A stretch of 64,000 nt of DNA from the human T2T-CHM13v2.0 reference genome, Homo sapiens. Below are positions 41,924 through 55,957 of this stretch, piece by piece. The stretch lies in the NCBI RefSeq assembly GCF_009914755.1, contig NC_060928.1; one strand, written 5' to 3'. Positions within the stretch are counted from its first letter, which is position 1. Every line of letters begins with the position of its first letter. Below the pieces are notes generated by a model. It was not told the origin of the DNA. It saw only the letters and a program-made list of their open reading frames with translations, and made no database searches. Position numbers and translations under genes: made by a program.

Positions 41924-44098
41924 TCTTTATTAACAGACACAGAACTCTCCTCCTGAAAGAAAGAATTTCCAGAAATCAACATCTGCATTCACCATACTTC
42001 TTACTTAGTTTAATAAAAATACTTTCTAATGATACTTCTACTTCACATGAAATATCTTCAATAAATGCTACTATTTCATTTCAGGCCTTAGGTCTCCAGG
42101 AAGGGTCAATTTTTTATAACTCTCATTTGGGAGCTTTAGGCTTTGTTCTATGCTGTGTGCCTGGCTTAGTGCAATGAACTTAACACTGTGATGTTGTCCC
42201 TGCGATTACTAAAATGATTTTTTTCCTTATGTTCTTGAAATTGAATCTATGTTCAACTGGTAGGCTCAGCATTCTCTACAGAATGATGTATAAACCTGTC
42301 ATTTTAAAAGATAACATGAAGAAATCTCTCAATGAGGTCAATGGCACTGCTACCTTTCAGTAACAAAATTTCTACTATTGAAATACACTTAAAGCGTAAT
42401 TTTAAATCCAAAGCAGTTAACTGCCATTACTGGAACGGTGAAGGATACAATTTTAAAGAGAAAAGATTACGTTTTTCTAAATGTTCCTTAAATTCTTCAA
42501 TAAAACACTGCTATTGCATTGAAAAGTAGTATGCCACCAGAAATAGAAAGGATTTCAAAAAGACTGTTGTTTTTTAATTGTTATAGGAAGATTTTTTGGA
42601 CGAATCTTGTGAAAAAAAAGCACTTCTCCTTAACACGGTAAGACTACAAATGAACACAACATCTGCCACAAAACAAAAGGAACACATTCACTAAAACTGA
42701 GCTGTTTGATCATTTTACTAGGTATCAGAATATTCAAAATAAGAGAAACGAAGTTGAGGGTGAAAAGGAACAAATTTAAAGTATACGATTTTTACTATAC
42801 AGAAAAACGAATGAATACAGATCAGCACATCTTGCAAAGTATTTCAGGTCATTATACTTTATATTGTAGCCCAATTCTCCAGCATTTAAACCTGGACATT
42901 CATTTTTTGGAATTATCTTTCTTAGGCCTAATTCTCTAAAGATCTTGATTAGTCCGTATCTTCACATAATTTTTAGAAAGGAATAAGACAATTAAATACT
43001 ACTCAAAATAGAAATTATAAAGCTAAAGTCTAGTTAGTTGTTCAAAGATATGGCATTGTTCATTTCCCAGTGTCTGACTAGGGAACACACCTCAGAGCCA
43101 GCACAGCCCAGGGTTAGGCTGATAATCAAATGAACTTTCAAACTTCCTCTTTACCTCAAAGCAAAGTGCATCAGAAAACTATAGAATGGGATCTTTTTGT
43201 CCCAGCTCAATATTTACACTGATTCTGAAATTTTAGCAAAGAGTTATATAACCCATACATCTTATTCATAGTTGTTCCCTTTGAGAATCAGAAACAATTC
43301 AAGTAATAAATGAGGTAGAACACAGGTATATTTGGCCGTACATGCCATGAAGAGAACTCATTGAACACATTTAAGAAGTTCTAAATCTTTCATGAACTAA
43401 CGTATCAAATAAACTTTTTAAATAAAATAATTAATTCAGAGTTTGGCAAGGAAATAGAAGTCTTTTTCTTACGGTTAGCCAAAAATTGTCTTAAATAACT
43501 AGATTTCATTACACTACAATAAAACTGAATGAAAATCACAAGTATGTACAATATACATCATCACTTAGTATGTCAAAAAGCATATTAACTGAAGGAGCAT
43601 ATATTTGCATAGACACATATACACATATATTACTTTTTTTAAGTTGCATGTATTCAAAGGAAGAAGAATTTACATTCGATTTCCAAAGCAATGGATCTTT
43701 GACTGGAAGTATTAACTCTACCATAGAATATTCTATCAGTCTATTGTAAGCCACTGAATCTTCTTTTGTTAGTTCATTTCTTCAGAAACGGTTGATACTT
43801 TTACTAAATGCCAACTATCTGGAATATAGAAATAAAGTGACAGTCCCTGAATTAAAGAAGCGTACATTGTTAGAGGAGAGGCACAAAACTACCCAAAACT
43901 CATTACTCCATTGAAAATTATTTTTTAAACCACTGTCTTTTAAGGAATTAATTCTTTTACAAATTTATTGCCTGCACAGCCCAGGGGTAGGCTTATTATC
44001 TGGATGATCTTTCATTTATTTCTCTTTCTCTCTCTCTAAGTATATATACATACCCTTAGTTTAACACAGAGAAGCATGCCCTAAATGCCTTAAAATAA

Positions 44099-44172
44099 GG
44101 TTGCCAGATGAAATGAAGGATGCCTATAGTTAACTGAATGTCTTGTATTTTTATTTGCCACATCAGGCAACC
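44099..44172. mobile_element. Miniature MER53-like hAT element
   Basis: Terminal inverted repeats GGTTGCCAGATG ... CATCAGGCAACC with GTATTTTTATTTGC inside. Confidence 0.6.
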
Positions 44173-45219
44173 ATTCTCCAAAACTCCCACCAGCTACTCC
44201 CCACAGTGATTATTACAACTCTAAAGGGTAGAGTGCCCCAGAGTCAAAACCCAATGAGAAAGGATGAACACCAGCCATTATAATAGTTGACAAATACTAA
44301 ATACCTAGTGCTGAGAAACACACAAACTGAATGAAGAGCTTATACTCTGCTTTAACCTAATTTGAATCTTACTCAATTCTCGTGTGCCCTGGCTAGAAAA
44401 TAATTTCGTTCAAAAATAAATTTTTCATTTCCTCCTGTTATGTTTTAGCTTCTGATTTCTATCATAAGAGCCTTAAATGGTCATGGCTTGAGCTCAATGT
44501 AAAATATTCTGAACACAAATCTTGGCTTTCTTCTTTAATTATAAAAAGTGTGACCATTATGTAGCTGTTCTTGTATATACAGAAATATTCAGTGTTTTAA
44601 TTAGGCTTACTCTACTTTAGTGTTAAAGGAAGCAACAGGCCTGCGATTGCCTGGGCACTAATAGTACATAATATAGCCAATTGCAAACAGCAGTCTAATT
44701 TGTTGATTTCAAGTGAAGTGTAATTATATTGCTTCATTTGCTGAGCAAATCATACGAGAGTTTCTCTAAATCAGCCTGATTGTGTAATGAAGAGCTAATT
44801 ACAAACAGCAGTGTTCTTGCAGTAAATTTATTGTAAGTGCTAATGCCAGGTTGGCTCCATTGTGACAATGGCTCATTAGTACATTAGCAAAAGCAACTGT
44901 GGGAAAATGCCCAAGCAGGGCTACCGGTCTCTCAGTTTCAGAAGCTGCAATGATTACATCCTTCAACATGTAATTACTAAGAAAATGGTGTTTGATTTAG
45001 GTTTTGGCAAATTTTTAAAAAGAACTAAAAGACATTTTTAGAGCAAAATGAAATGATTCGGAAAGCCTTCTTGTCAGGCTTAATTGGTGCTTCATTTCAC
45101 CAGGTGTGCCCTGGAAACCGAATTTAACAAGAGGCTCTTTTAGACACTAGGCCATTCTTGACAACTGAGTTCTCACATTTCCTCATCCACATGGAATCTA
45201 TGACTTAAAAGAAATACAT

Positions 45220-45339
45220 ACTTATATGTACTTCAACATATATACTTAATACTTATATATATAAGTATATATAAATATGTATATACTTAATACTCATATA
45301 TAAATATATATACTTATTCCTATTCCTACTTATACTTGA

Positions 45340-45370
<31 letters not shown>
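45220..45370. repeat. AT-rich low complexity ending in (AT)n
   Basis: Repeated ATATATACTTAATACT units then (AT)11 and T run. Confidence 0.85.
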
Positions 45371-46077
45371 TCTCCTTGCATTGAAGTGAGGTGAGTCAAT
45401 TAAGCTCCTGCTAGACAAACAAAACAAAGGATCAGTAGCTACACATATATCCATGTTATCTCACATCCTAATGTCTAGGGTTTTTTATTCTAATGAAGTG
45501 GAAATACCTGAGCTTTGTGTCTTGAAACAGCCCCCTACTCCATGCAGCTGGATTTTATAAACTACCTTGTTCAGTTGAGCCAGTTGGTCTTAAGACGGCC
45601 CTTATGCCATTTCCCTACCTTCACCTTCAGAGTAACCAAAACTGCTCATCAATCTCTTCCTTTTATTGATTTTTTTTCATCACAAAGTTTTATTTATCTG
45701 TGCTTATCCTAACATGAAACTTTAAGATGCAGACTTTTCTAGAATCCTTAACAGTTTAGTACATTGCTTCATAAACTTTAGTAGGGCATTCACGGAAGAG
45801 CCCTCTCCCAAGGATATTGATAGTATTGTGTCTACAACTAATGTGTTAATTAATTTTTCAAATAAATTTAAATATATTTTTAAGTAATGTTATTGAATAT
45901 TCAGTCACTATGCCCTGAAATCTAAATCTAGTCTTATTGATCTCTAAACACTTTGATTCTCTCTCCTAATAAGGAAAAATCATAAATAAGCAGACATGCA
46001 AAGTTTCAATGTAGGCTAATAGGTATAAGTGTATAAGTATTATGTATATATTAATAATACACATTTTATCTGTCTCT

Positions 46078-46225
46078 GTTTATTTACTTATTTATTTATT
46101 TGTTTATTTATTTTGAGAGGGGGTCTTGTAGTGTTATTCAGAATGAATTCAAACTCCTGGGCTCAAGCAATTCTTCTGCCTCAGCCAAGTGGCTGGGACC
46201 ACAGGCATGTGCCATTGCACTGCAC
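46078..46225 (-). mobile_element. Alu monomer (FLAM-like), diverged
   Basis: (TTTA)n tail, TCAAACTCCTGGGCTCAAGCAATTCTTCTGCCTCAGCC. Confidence 0.75.
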
Positions 46226-49200
46226 AGAAATACATATATTTTAGAAATTAAAAATTAAGTCAGAAATATATTTTAGTGGATAAATTATAAAGTCAAAAAT
46301 GCATATGCATGCTAACTAGAAAATTTAAATAATACATATATATATAAATGATGTTTGTATATACAAACATACTCATTGTCCCTTTTATACTGAGAACTAA
46401 TGGCTTTAGTCTATTAGCTGCACAAAAAATATTGTCTTCAAGAGAAAAAAATAAGACTATTGAACTGAATATCAGATAGCTATTCTTCTGTTCCTAAAGA
46501 CCTAACCATAAAACAACTTAGTTGCCTGAGTTCTTACAACTAATTAGTGACAGAGCAGAACTGGAGATATTTATTTTCTAATGGTCAGCCCACTTTTCTG
46601 AGTTTACTAGGCTAAATTTGTCATATATTGTGGCCTCTATCCAATTTTGTATCTTAAATTATTGCTATAATAAATATCAATACTTTTCAAATTTTACATC
46701 AAACAATATTTCTTTCATCCTTTAGATTTAAAAAGTTTATTTCTATTTTTAAGTTTATTCATAGTTTCAATAATTCAAGATGAGAACCAAATATTAAATA
46801 GCTTTCGTGTCTTTAAATGTGAATTAACGTCCAGTTTATCTTGTTCTCTTTCTTCTCCCAACAAATGATTACAGAAATCATCTGATATCTATCATTATCT
46901 CTTTTTTAAAATCATTTTAAATGGGTCAATTTTATTTATGATTTGTGTGTTTAAATTTTTATTATTACATCTCTTACAGCAAAATTTATAGGGTTTCCAA
47001 GATCTTTCAGGATCATCCAAAATGCATATAATCTAATTCTGCTTTTTATATTCGCACTTTATCATTGCTCCATACTCATGCTTCAAATCAATCTTTTAAT
47101 TTTCATGTTTATGATTGCTTATCATATTATCCAATATGCACTTCACAGGATCAATAATCTGATTTAGGGTGTAAGCAGGAAAACTAAGTGAATGGCAGTA
47201 GGCCAATGATTAATGATTTGGTCCGTGTAGAAAACAACATTTATTCAAAAATCACAGCAATGAAGTAAGCTGAACTAAGTGATAAAAAATTCATGAAGAT
47301 GTAAAATTATTCAGGCATGTGGCAGATTCTGTGGCAACAATGCCACAAACTTATATTAATGTCTACTATGTGCAAATGTAGCATTTCTTTCTTGGGCATT
47401 ACTGTCATTTCATATATCAATGCTTCACTGTTTTGATTTGTTTAGAATCTATTTGAATAACTCTTTGTAAGATATTGAACTTCATATTGGGGAAAAGGAT
47501 CAATCATTGTATAATGAATTCATTTTTGGATTATGTCTACACAACGAAACAAAATGAATATTTGCTTTATTTGATGATTCAGGCACAAGGTCCATTGAGT
47601 TTGTGGGCTGAATGATTACATTTGACTTTACTTGAAGTAACCATATACATCATTAAAACACATACCGGTTTTTTGTCCTATGCAGAATTAGCCTCAATAA
47701 AGAGAAAATGGAATTGAATGTTTAGCTAATTCCATACAATACCTATGCTACTGTATAATTTATAAGCAGCGGGTAGCCTAAGAATATAATGTTTTTCTTC
47801 AAGATTAATGTGTGGAATACAAACCAAATCTTTCTTCTAAGAGTATAACTTGCCAATATATTATTTTGCTAAACATTTTTAAAAGGATTATTGAAACGGT
47901 GGAAAATATATAGAAGGCCACTTTAGGAAACACTGCCTTTTTCTTGCTAATACATAAATTGTAGCCATTTGTTCTTTTTGCCACAACCTTTGGGGATTCG
48001 GGTGAAATACTTCCTTCAGAATGTTTCTTGGCATCCCTTATTTTTATTGACCCGTGAACTTGAAAGTCTGTCATAAGATATTATTATGTGAGAATAGTGG
48101 AAATGTATTCCATTAAAGCAAAAACTCTATATACAGAATCCATTCGAGTGCTATCATTTGTCTTCTCTATGAATTTTCTATCTCAAATAGGAATGATTGT
48201 ATGCTTAATTTGTTATTTTTATACCTATACCTGTACACATACAGATATAACTGATGGTATAGTATAGACTTTTAGAGAATGAAAAAGGCCTGTGTTTGGG
48301 ATTTGAATAAGTCCCAACCTATATTAGCATATAAGCAAAATAAATTTAAAAAATATATATCTGTGTGTGTACAGAAGTAGACACATTTTATCATATATTT
48401 ACATATGTGTGACATAAATATAAAATGTATAAAAATAAATTATATATTTGAAATAGAAGCAACTCTACACATGCACATTATTATGCCTTCCCTCTGCTGT
48501 TCTTCTCATTTTTTTTTTCAGATTCTACCCTCATTGCTCAACCCAAAACCATAAACTATTTGAGGTAAATGCTAATCATTTGTTGAATTAAACTGATGTT
48601 GTTAGTAGGCGAGGAAATACTCCTCTGTTGTTGCTTTAGTAGAAACTGTGGGTGGAAGGACACAGGAGAAACCACTGCTCCGATGACTTGCTGACACTGG
48701 CTCTACTTGGCTGTATTCCACTTTTATGACTTTAAGATTTACACCAACAGTTTCTCTCATCCAGAAGTGTATTTTTACCAATAGAAATCTTCAGAAACTG
48801 AACAGTGAAATGCATCAACAAATTATGTTCATTATTTTGAAGTTAGTAGCAAATGTTAGAAATCACTTACTATACACTGTACTCTGTTCCTTAGTATTAT
48901 TAAGCCTTTTTAATTTAAAAGATATTGAATATTTTCAGTTCTAAAATATTTTATTAAGAGCAGAAACCTTTAAAATCTTGTTATTGCTACTCAAAAAGAA
49001 AATATTTGTAACATCTGCTATAACTAGCTTTAAAATAGGTGATTATTAGCTAAAATGCCTGGTAAATTATTTTCAAAACATGTATTTCAGTTGAAGACTA
49101 AATTAGTGTTTAAAGCAGCCAACTGGTGATTTATATCCCAAGTAAGATATTCCAATTAACCAGCAGTTATTGTTGATGCTACTAGTAACAACAATAATCA

Positions 49201-51679
49201 ACAGTTAGACAAAGTTTGGTAATAGATTTTTTAGGGACCCCATTATCAATATATAGCTCATAGGACTTAAAGTAATTACAAATAATTATTATATTGACTA
49301 ATCAAATATCTAATTTTTTGTAATGCATGCTACTACATAAAACAATAACTGGATTTTATAGATTATTAGCCTCTGTACTGCTTTGTGTAGTATTGCCTAT
49401 TAGTTGGTACTTGTTCTTAGTCTAATGAACTTACAATCACAAGACATGTAATTCTGAATTTGCATAGCTCTAATCTCATGAATATCAAAATAGAAACTTC
49501 GGATATATAATACTAATGAGAACATTTCAATGAGGAAAGGTTACTATAAAATATAAAGTAGAAAAATTTTATTTGAGGTTACATTCCATCTTTCCATATA
49601 CATTTCCTGATGTTGGTATTTAATAGCTAAAACAATAATTAACAATTTTTGGATATAATTAAAGCAATTACTGTATAGTAGCTAGACCTGCAGGCATCAC
49701 CATCCTTTGTCTATTAATTCAAAGTGGCCAGGTATGACTTTTGAACCTGTATTTTAACTGAAAAGAAAGAAGTTCACATTTGTTGAGCATCTATAATGTG
49801 CTAAGCACTGTGTTAGATACTTTTTGTAGACTATCTTGATTAATCAACACATCTATTATGTGAAACAGGTAGAAACCAAGGTTTATAAATGTGACAAAAA
49901 TTTATTTCTAGATTTTTCTACTTTTACATGTTATGCTAATTATTCTAGAATACTCATAAGAATAAATCTTTATTCATTAAAAACAAGATACCACAATCAC
50001 TTTCAAAATTTAAATTAAAAATTTTTATTAACTTTTTGTTATTTGAAATAGCAATATCCTGGTATTTTTATTTAATGTTAATGAACTTATACATATCATG
50101 AAGCTTATTTTACTATGTATTTTTTCCATAAAACTTAATTTACTTTTTGGTTGTGTTAAATATAAATAAAATTTACCATCTTAACCATATATATGCAGTT
50201 CAGCAATATTAATTACATTCACATTGTTGTGCAACCAATCTCCAGAACTCTATTATATAATTTTTTAATTTAACACCTGAATAGAAATAAATTTAGGGAA
50301 TACAACAGGCTCATAATCTTGGTTATTGCTCCGAAAAATATCTCTTAAAATATTATTGGTCTTTATGTGAGGCAAGCACTGCCATAACACTGCATTGCAG
50401 GGAGATTTAGTTTATGCCACCAGTTTTATATAGGAAATGTGACTTACTAATTAGCTAACTGCCTTAATGTCTGGGTGAGTCATGTCATCCCTTATGGTCT
50501 GCAAAGTTATTCAATGAAGTAATTTTCTAACCAGAAATGTAACTATACTTGTTTGGTCTCTTCAAAGAGGTCCCAGAAAACTAACTTAATAAATAAATAA
50601 ATAAATACAAATGCATCTGGTTTTTTAAGTTTACTTTGGTAGGTGTAGAAATACAAACACCATCAGTTAATTGTACTGGGCTTTTTTATTGGCTCTTTTA
50701 TTTCTCACTTTATTTTCTGGGTTGCTTTATGATGTTGTGACACAATGATTTTCCCTCCTACCCCCTCATGTCAACAAAGTTTATAGAAAATAAAATATCT
50801 TTATTGTTATATAACAGCACAGCAGGCTTCACATTTATTATGGAACTAAATAAATGCAAGAGTAGCTTTTCACTTTAGGCAAAACAAGCCACATTTGAAG
50901 AGACCCTGGGGGTTAAAATGTCACAGATTATGTACATTCGTAAAATAATTTCTGATTAAATGAACTATGCTACCCCCATATAAAAGGAACAACTTTTTGA
51001 TTTTTTCTGAATTTTAATTGTCCTTAATATGTAAACATGAGTGTGTTTAGTCAGCAAACATGAATGTGTGTTTGCTGATGAAGTAGTTACATTAGGGCCA
51101 AAGGGCTTTTAATGGAGTAAGAAATTGGTGAAGATTTATATGACCACTGTGGAATATGCTCTTGTTATGGAAAATGATACCTGCCTCTTTACTAAAAGAA
51201 AAAAAAACAAGATTAAATTAACTGATATTGGTGATGTCGTAAGCCACTAATGCAGAGTTTGAGTGGTTTAGAAATATCAGAGGAAGCTGGTAATGCAATT
51301 ACTACATTAGCATGCAGTTGGAATCTGGTTTTCGCCTGCAGAATAAACTCCAATGAGACATTTATTTGTCCTTGAGTAATGATAATTGTGACTAAGTTTC
51401 CCACCTGAAAGAGGCTTTCAGTGAAATTGTCTTTTCACATATTACATGGAAGACCAGATGTTTGAAAGCAATGCTGATGGCGTGCTTTCTAACCTTTTTC
51501 ACCTCACTGGACATGTTGAAAAAAAAAAAAAAGTACAGCACACTGGAATATACAGAAGAGGCTTTTTGTAGCCTCTTCCAGTTGTCCTAAGGGCTGAAGG
51601 GACAAAATCTTGGCTTAGCTGCAACCTGCCTGGGACACACCAGTATGCTATGGAACATAAATTGAGAAAATGTATACAG

Positions 51680-52243
<564 letters not shown>

Positions 52244-52669
52244 ATGGAAATATTTTAGATAATGAGATCAGGAAAGCCACTGCCTGGCATGTTCTCTTGG
52301 TTAATTGTAAGGTGGCTCTCTGTGGTTCTTTTATCTCAAAGCACCATTTATGCCAGGAGCAGGGCTGTGTATCAGAATCAGCATTAGCAGAAACCACAGA
52401 TAGCATAACGCAAGCAAAATATGCTTATAGAAGTCCAGATATCTACAGACTTTTAGTTAAGACACCTTAGATAGGTTTTTTAGAGTTTAGTTTTGAAATA
52501 TTTTGATAGCTAAACTTTCTTTTTCCAAATGAAATCATAGATGGGCACAATGTAAACAAAAATAATACAGCTCAGTATTAAGCAGAAAGTCCTTCATTGC
52601 TTGTGAAACCTGGAAATCAATTATTTCACACCCTTATGATTCTTAGAGACATCATTTAGAAAATTTATT

Positions 52670-53150
52670 CATTAAGTTTGTTTTTAACAACAAGTAACAA
52701 AAAAATCCAGCCTCATAGTCTTAACATGTTTTTGCTCATATAACAAAATCAGAAGATAAGTGGACCAATAATGTTAAACTGATACCTCCAGATTCTCCTG
52801 TCCTCTGCCTACTGCTGACTGAGTCAAAAAATGACTATTACAGCTCCAGAAATAGAGCCACATTCTCAGCAGGAAGACAGAGAAGGAAGCAGCAGTGCCT
52901 GTCATTTCAAATCTTTCATCAAGAAAGAAACATTTTTCAGAAGTTCCTCCATCCCCAGCCTCAGAAGACTCCCACTTAGTTCTCATTAGCCAGAAGTGAA
53001 TCACATAACTATTCATAGCCGAGTCAAACTGGTAAAGCAAAGAACAGGGAAATCCTGATTGACTTAAACAGGGTTCATCACATGGGACTGGGTTTCTGCC
53101 ACCCCAAATGAAAGTAAGTTTCTGTCACTCCAAAGAAAGGAAAAAAGATA
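52670..53150 (-). mobile_element. Old MLT1-type MaLR LTR fragment
   Basis: CAAGTAACA start, AGAAGACTCCCACTTAGTTCTCATTAGCCAGAAGTGAATCACAT; very diverged. Confidence 0.5.
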
Positions 53151-55493
53151 CTGCATTGGCAACTAAGAACATCTACCACAAGTAGACACTCTATAACAGA
53201 TGTAGCTCCACTTTTGATTACAGCGTCTTGATTTTGAAATTGCATTTACACTCTGGCAACTAATATCATAACATTGCCCTAGAGGCAATTCTAACGTAAC
53301 ATAAAAATTGGGTCTAGCAATGCATAATACTTGAAAGCAATTGTTCATAAGCATATGCCATAATAACAAATATTCCCCTGTAGGTTTTCAAAATAAATGA
53401 AAAGAGATGCAGATGGATCTGTTTTACAGCCAAGTATATTTCCACATGGCAGCATGAACTGAGATTAGGCTTAGGAATTAGGCTTTTATGATGACCAAAA
53501 TTGTATGTGCTAGTAACTCTACTTGACATTAAAGGTTGTAATTTATCTTCTTTGTATTAGTTTTTTTTTTTTTTTTGCTATCTGTGAAACTGGAATAACA
53601 TTCTCATCCTTGTAGGGATCATATAGATTACTTGAAAGGGAAAAGTGCCCTCCATTTCCAAAGTGCTCAATAAATTACATGCATTAAATTGCCATAGGTT
53701 TGTTTGACACATCAGAAAAATTTCACTGTTTTTCTTAAGATTCCCTTTCCATTTATCTTTATTTCCTGATCTTTCCCCAAATGTCTAAGAATATGAAAAG
53801 TAGGTCTGTCTTTCACTGCCTGCATAGAAGATAGACTTTATCTATATCAATTTTGTGAACTGTGAAGGAACTTTATGAGCCTGTTTGTTTGGAAACTGAA
53901 TCACAGGGAAGTTCGGTATCTTCAAAAAATAATTGTTAATTTATAGGGCATGTTAAGGTGTTTATTATTTCTTATTCCATTTGTTTCCTCACAATTAATC
54001 CTAATTTCTATTTTCTTACCTGATCACAAGGTAAGATGTATTGATATACTAGAAGCACCCAAACTAGTAGTCATAAGATATTAGTTTAATAGTGGCTTAT
54101 CATTGATTAGCTCTGTTAACCTTAGAAAGTCATTTAAAATCTCTGGACCTCAACTTTCTCATTTACAAAAATAAGGTGATGCTATCTTTGCTGCTTTTCG
54201 TACAGAATTGCCATCATCCAAAATGTATAATTATATTTTCCAAATTCCACATATTTCCAACTTATATGTGTATACACAGGCAGATTTGATATAATTATGA
54301 AATGATTTATATCTCTAAACCCAATATGTTCAATAAAATAAATAATATTTAGCATCCCCAGATGCTAAATATTCGCTGTAGATTTTCTTTCAATATAGAA
54401 TGAAGGATAATTTGATTTGAATTTTCTATCGTATTTCATTCACACGATGATCTGTAGGTTTATTGTCAAATAGAGCACACTACTCTTAGCGGCACACTGT
54501 GGGATTCAATTTTCTGTAGATTCCTAGTTTTTAAAAACAATCGCATTTTTAAATTGCCAGTCATCAGAACCAAAGTCCTTTCCTAGAAGTTCTTGAATCT
54601 TTGTGTCTTTGTTATCTAAAACTTAACTCCGTCACCTACTGAGGCTATCTCAAAGCACTCAGATTTAAGTAGGAAGACTTTACTCATCATATGGTTTTAT
54701 CCTGAGGCACTTTAGTCAATTGAAAGGGTTTTGTTGTTGTTGTTGCTAAATTGTGTATCACAGCCTTAAATTGACTTTTATCTTGAGTTGTTTTAATTAA
54801 TGTGAAGGTATTATTGAGTCTTGGTCAATAAAAGTCTCTTACAATAACATCCTTTTTTTCACTTTGCATACTCACACATTTCTGATGTCTCTATTTCTTT
54901 TAATTTAGGCTTGTTGACTGTTAAATTCTTTCTTGTAATACTGTGTCAAATATTATCAATAGCAACCTTTGCTTGCTATTAAGTTTCTATTTCCAGACTT
55001 TTCCCCAAGAAATGAACTTTCTGTCGTCAAAGTAATTACAGAAAGCATTTTGACCAAATATTTTGCTATCGGTTTACATGGCTGAGCAACTTTCCAAAAT
55101 CCAAAAGTAATTTGTTCACAACTCATGACTCAACTGCTAAGGCAATGCAATTTTGTCTAGAAATTGTATTAGAGTCTTTATCCCTGAATCAGTTTCAGTA
55201 TTAGCTACACAATTAACCCCCAAATCTCAGTGGCCAGTAGCTTATCACACAGAAATTCATTTCCTCTTCATATTCTATGTCCAGCACAGCCATGTGAGGG
55301 ATTCTACTCCACACAGGCACTCAGAGCTCCAGTCTGAGGGAGGCTCTGCCCCTTGTGATGCCATGCAGCTCTGGATTAAGTACTCATGGCTTTTTGCCCT
55401 GAATGGTTATAAGGCTCAAATCTAACTAAAACGTACCCTGTCGAAGAAAAACGACACTCACTGAATATTCTGTGAGTACTTTTGTCTTTGCCA

Positions 55494-55957
55494 TGTAGCA
55501 GGAGGAGCTGCAGACAAGAACCCCTCAGACACCAAGCTGTGGAAGGAAAGGGCTTTATTCAGCTGGGAGCATCCGCGGACTCACGTCTCCAAAAACCGAG
55601 CTCCCTGAGTGAGCAATTCCTGTCCCTTTTAAGGGCTTGCAACTCTAAGGGGGGTCCGAGTGAGAGGGTTGTGATCGATTGAGCAAGCAGTGGGTACGTG
55701 ACCGGGGGCTGCCTGCACCAGTAATCAGAATGGAACAGAACAGGACAAGGATTTTCACAACGCTTTTCCATGCAATGTCTGGAATCTATAAATAACATAA
55801 CTGGTTAGGTCAGGGGTCGATCTTTAACTACCAGGCCTGGAACGTAGCACCAGGCTGTCTGACTACTGATTTCATTTCTGTCTTTTCTTTAACTCCTACT
55901 TTTTCTTTGAGGCAGAAATTGGGCATAAGACAATATGAGGGGTGGTCTCCTCCCTTA
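55494..55957 (-). mobile_element. LTR2-family solo LTR (HERV-E/Harlequin group)
   Basis: Minus strand begins TAAGGGAGGAGACCACCCCTCATATTGTCTTATGCCCAATTTCTGCCTC, AATAAA near 55553-55558, ends CTACA, 4-bp TSD GCCA. Confidence 0.9.

Noticed and set aside
47805-48074. 89-aa minus-strand ATG ORF in unique sequence
   Set aside because: No recognisable domain, promoter or splice context; length is within chance expectation
51051-51078. 10-bp-arm inverted repeat TCAGCAAACA...TGTTTGCTGA, and GGGGTTAACCCC at ~1602
   Set aside because: Short enough to occur by chance in 64 kb
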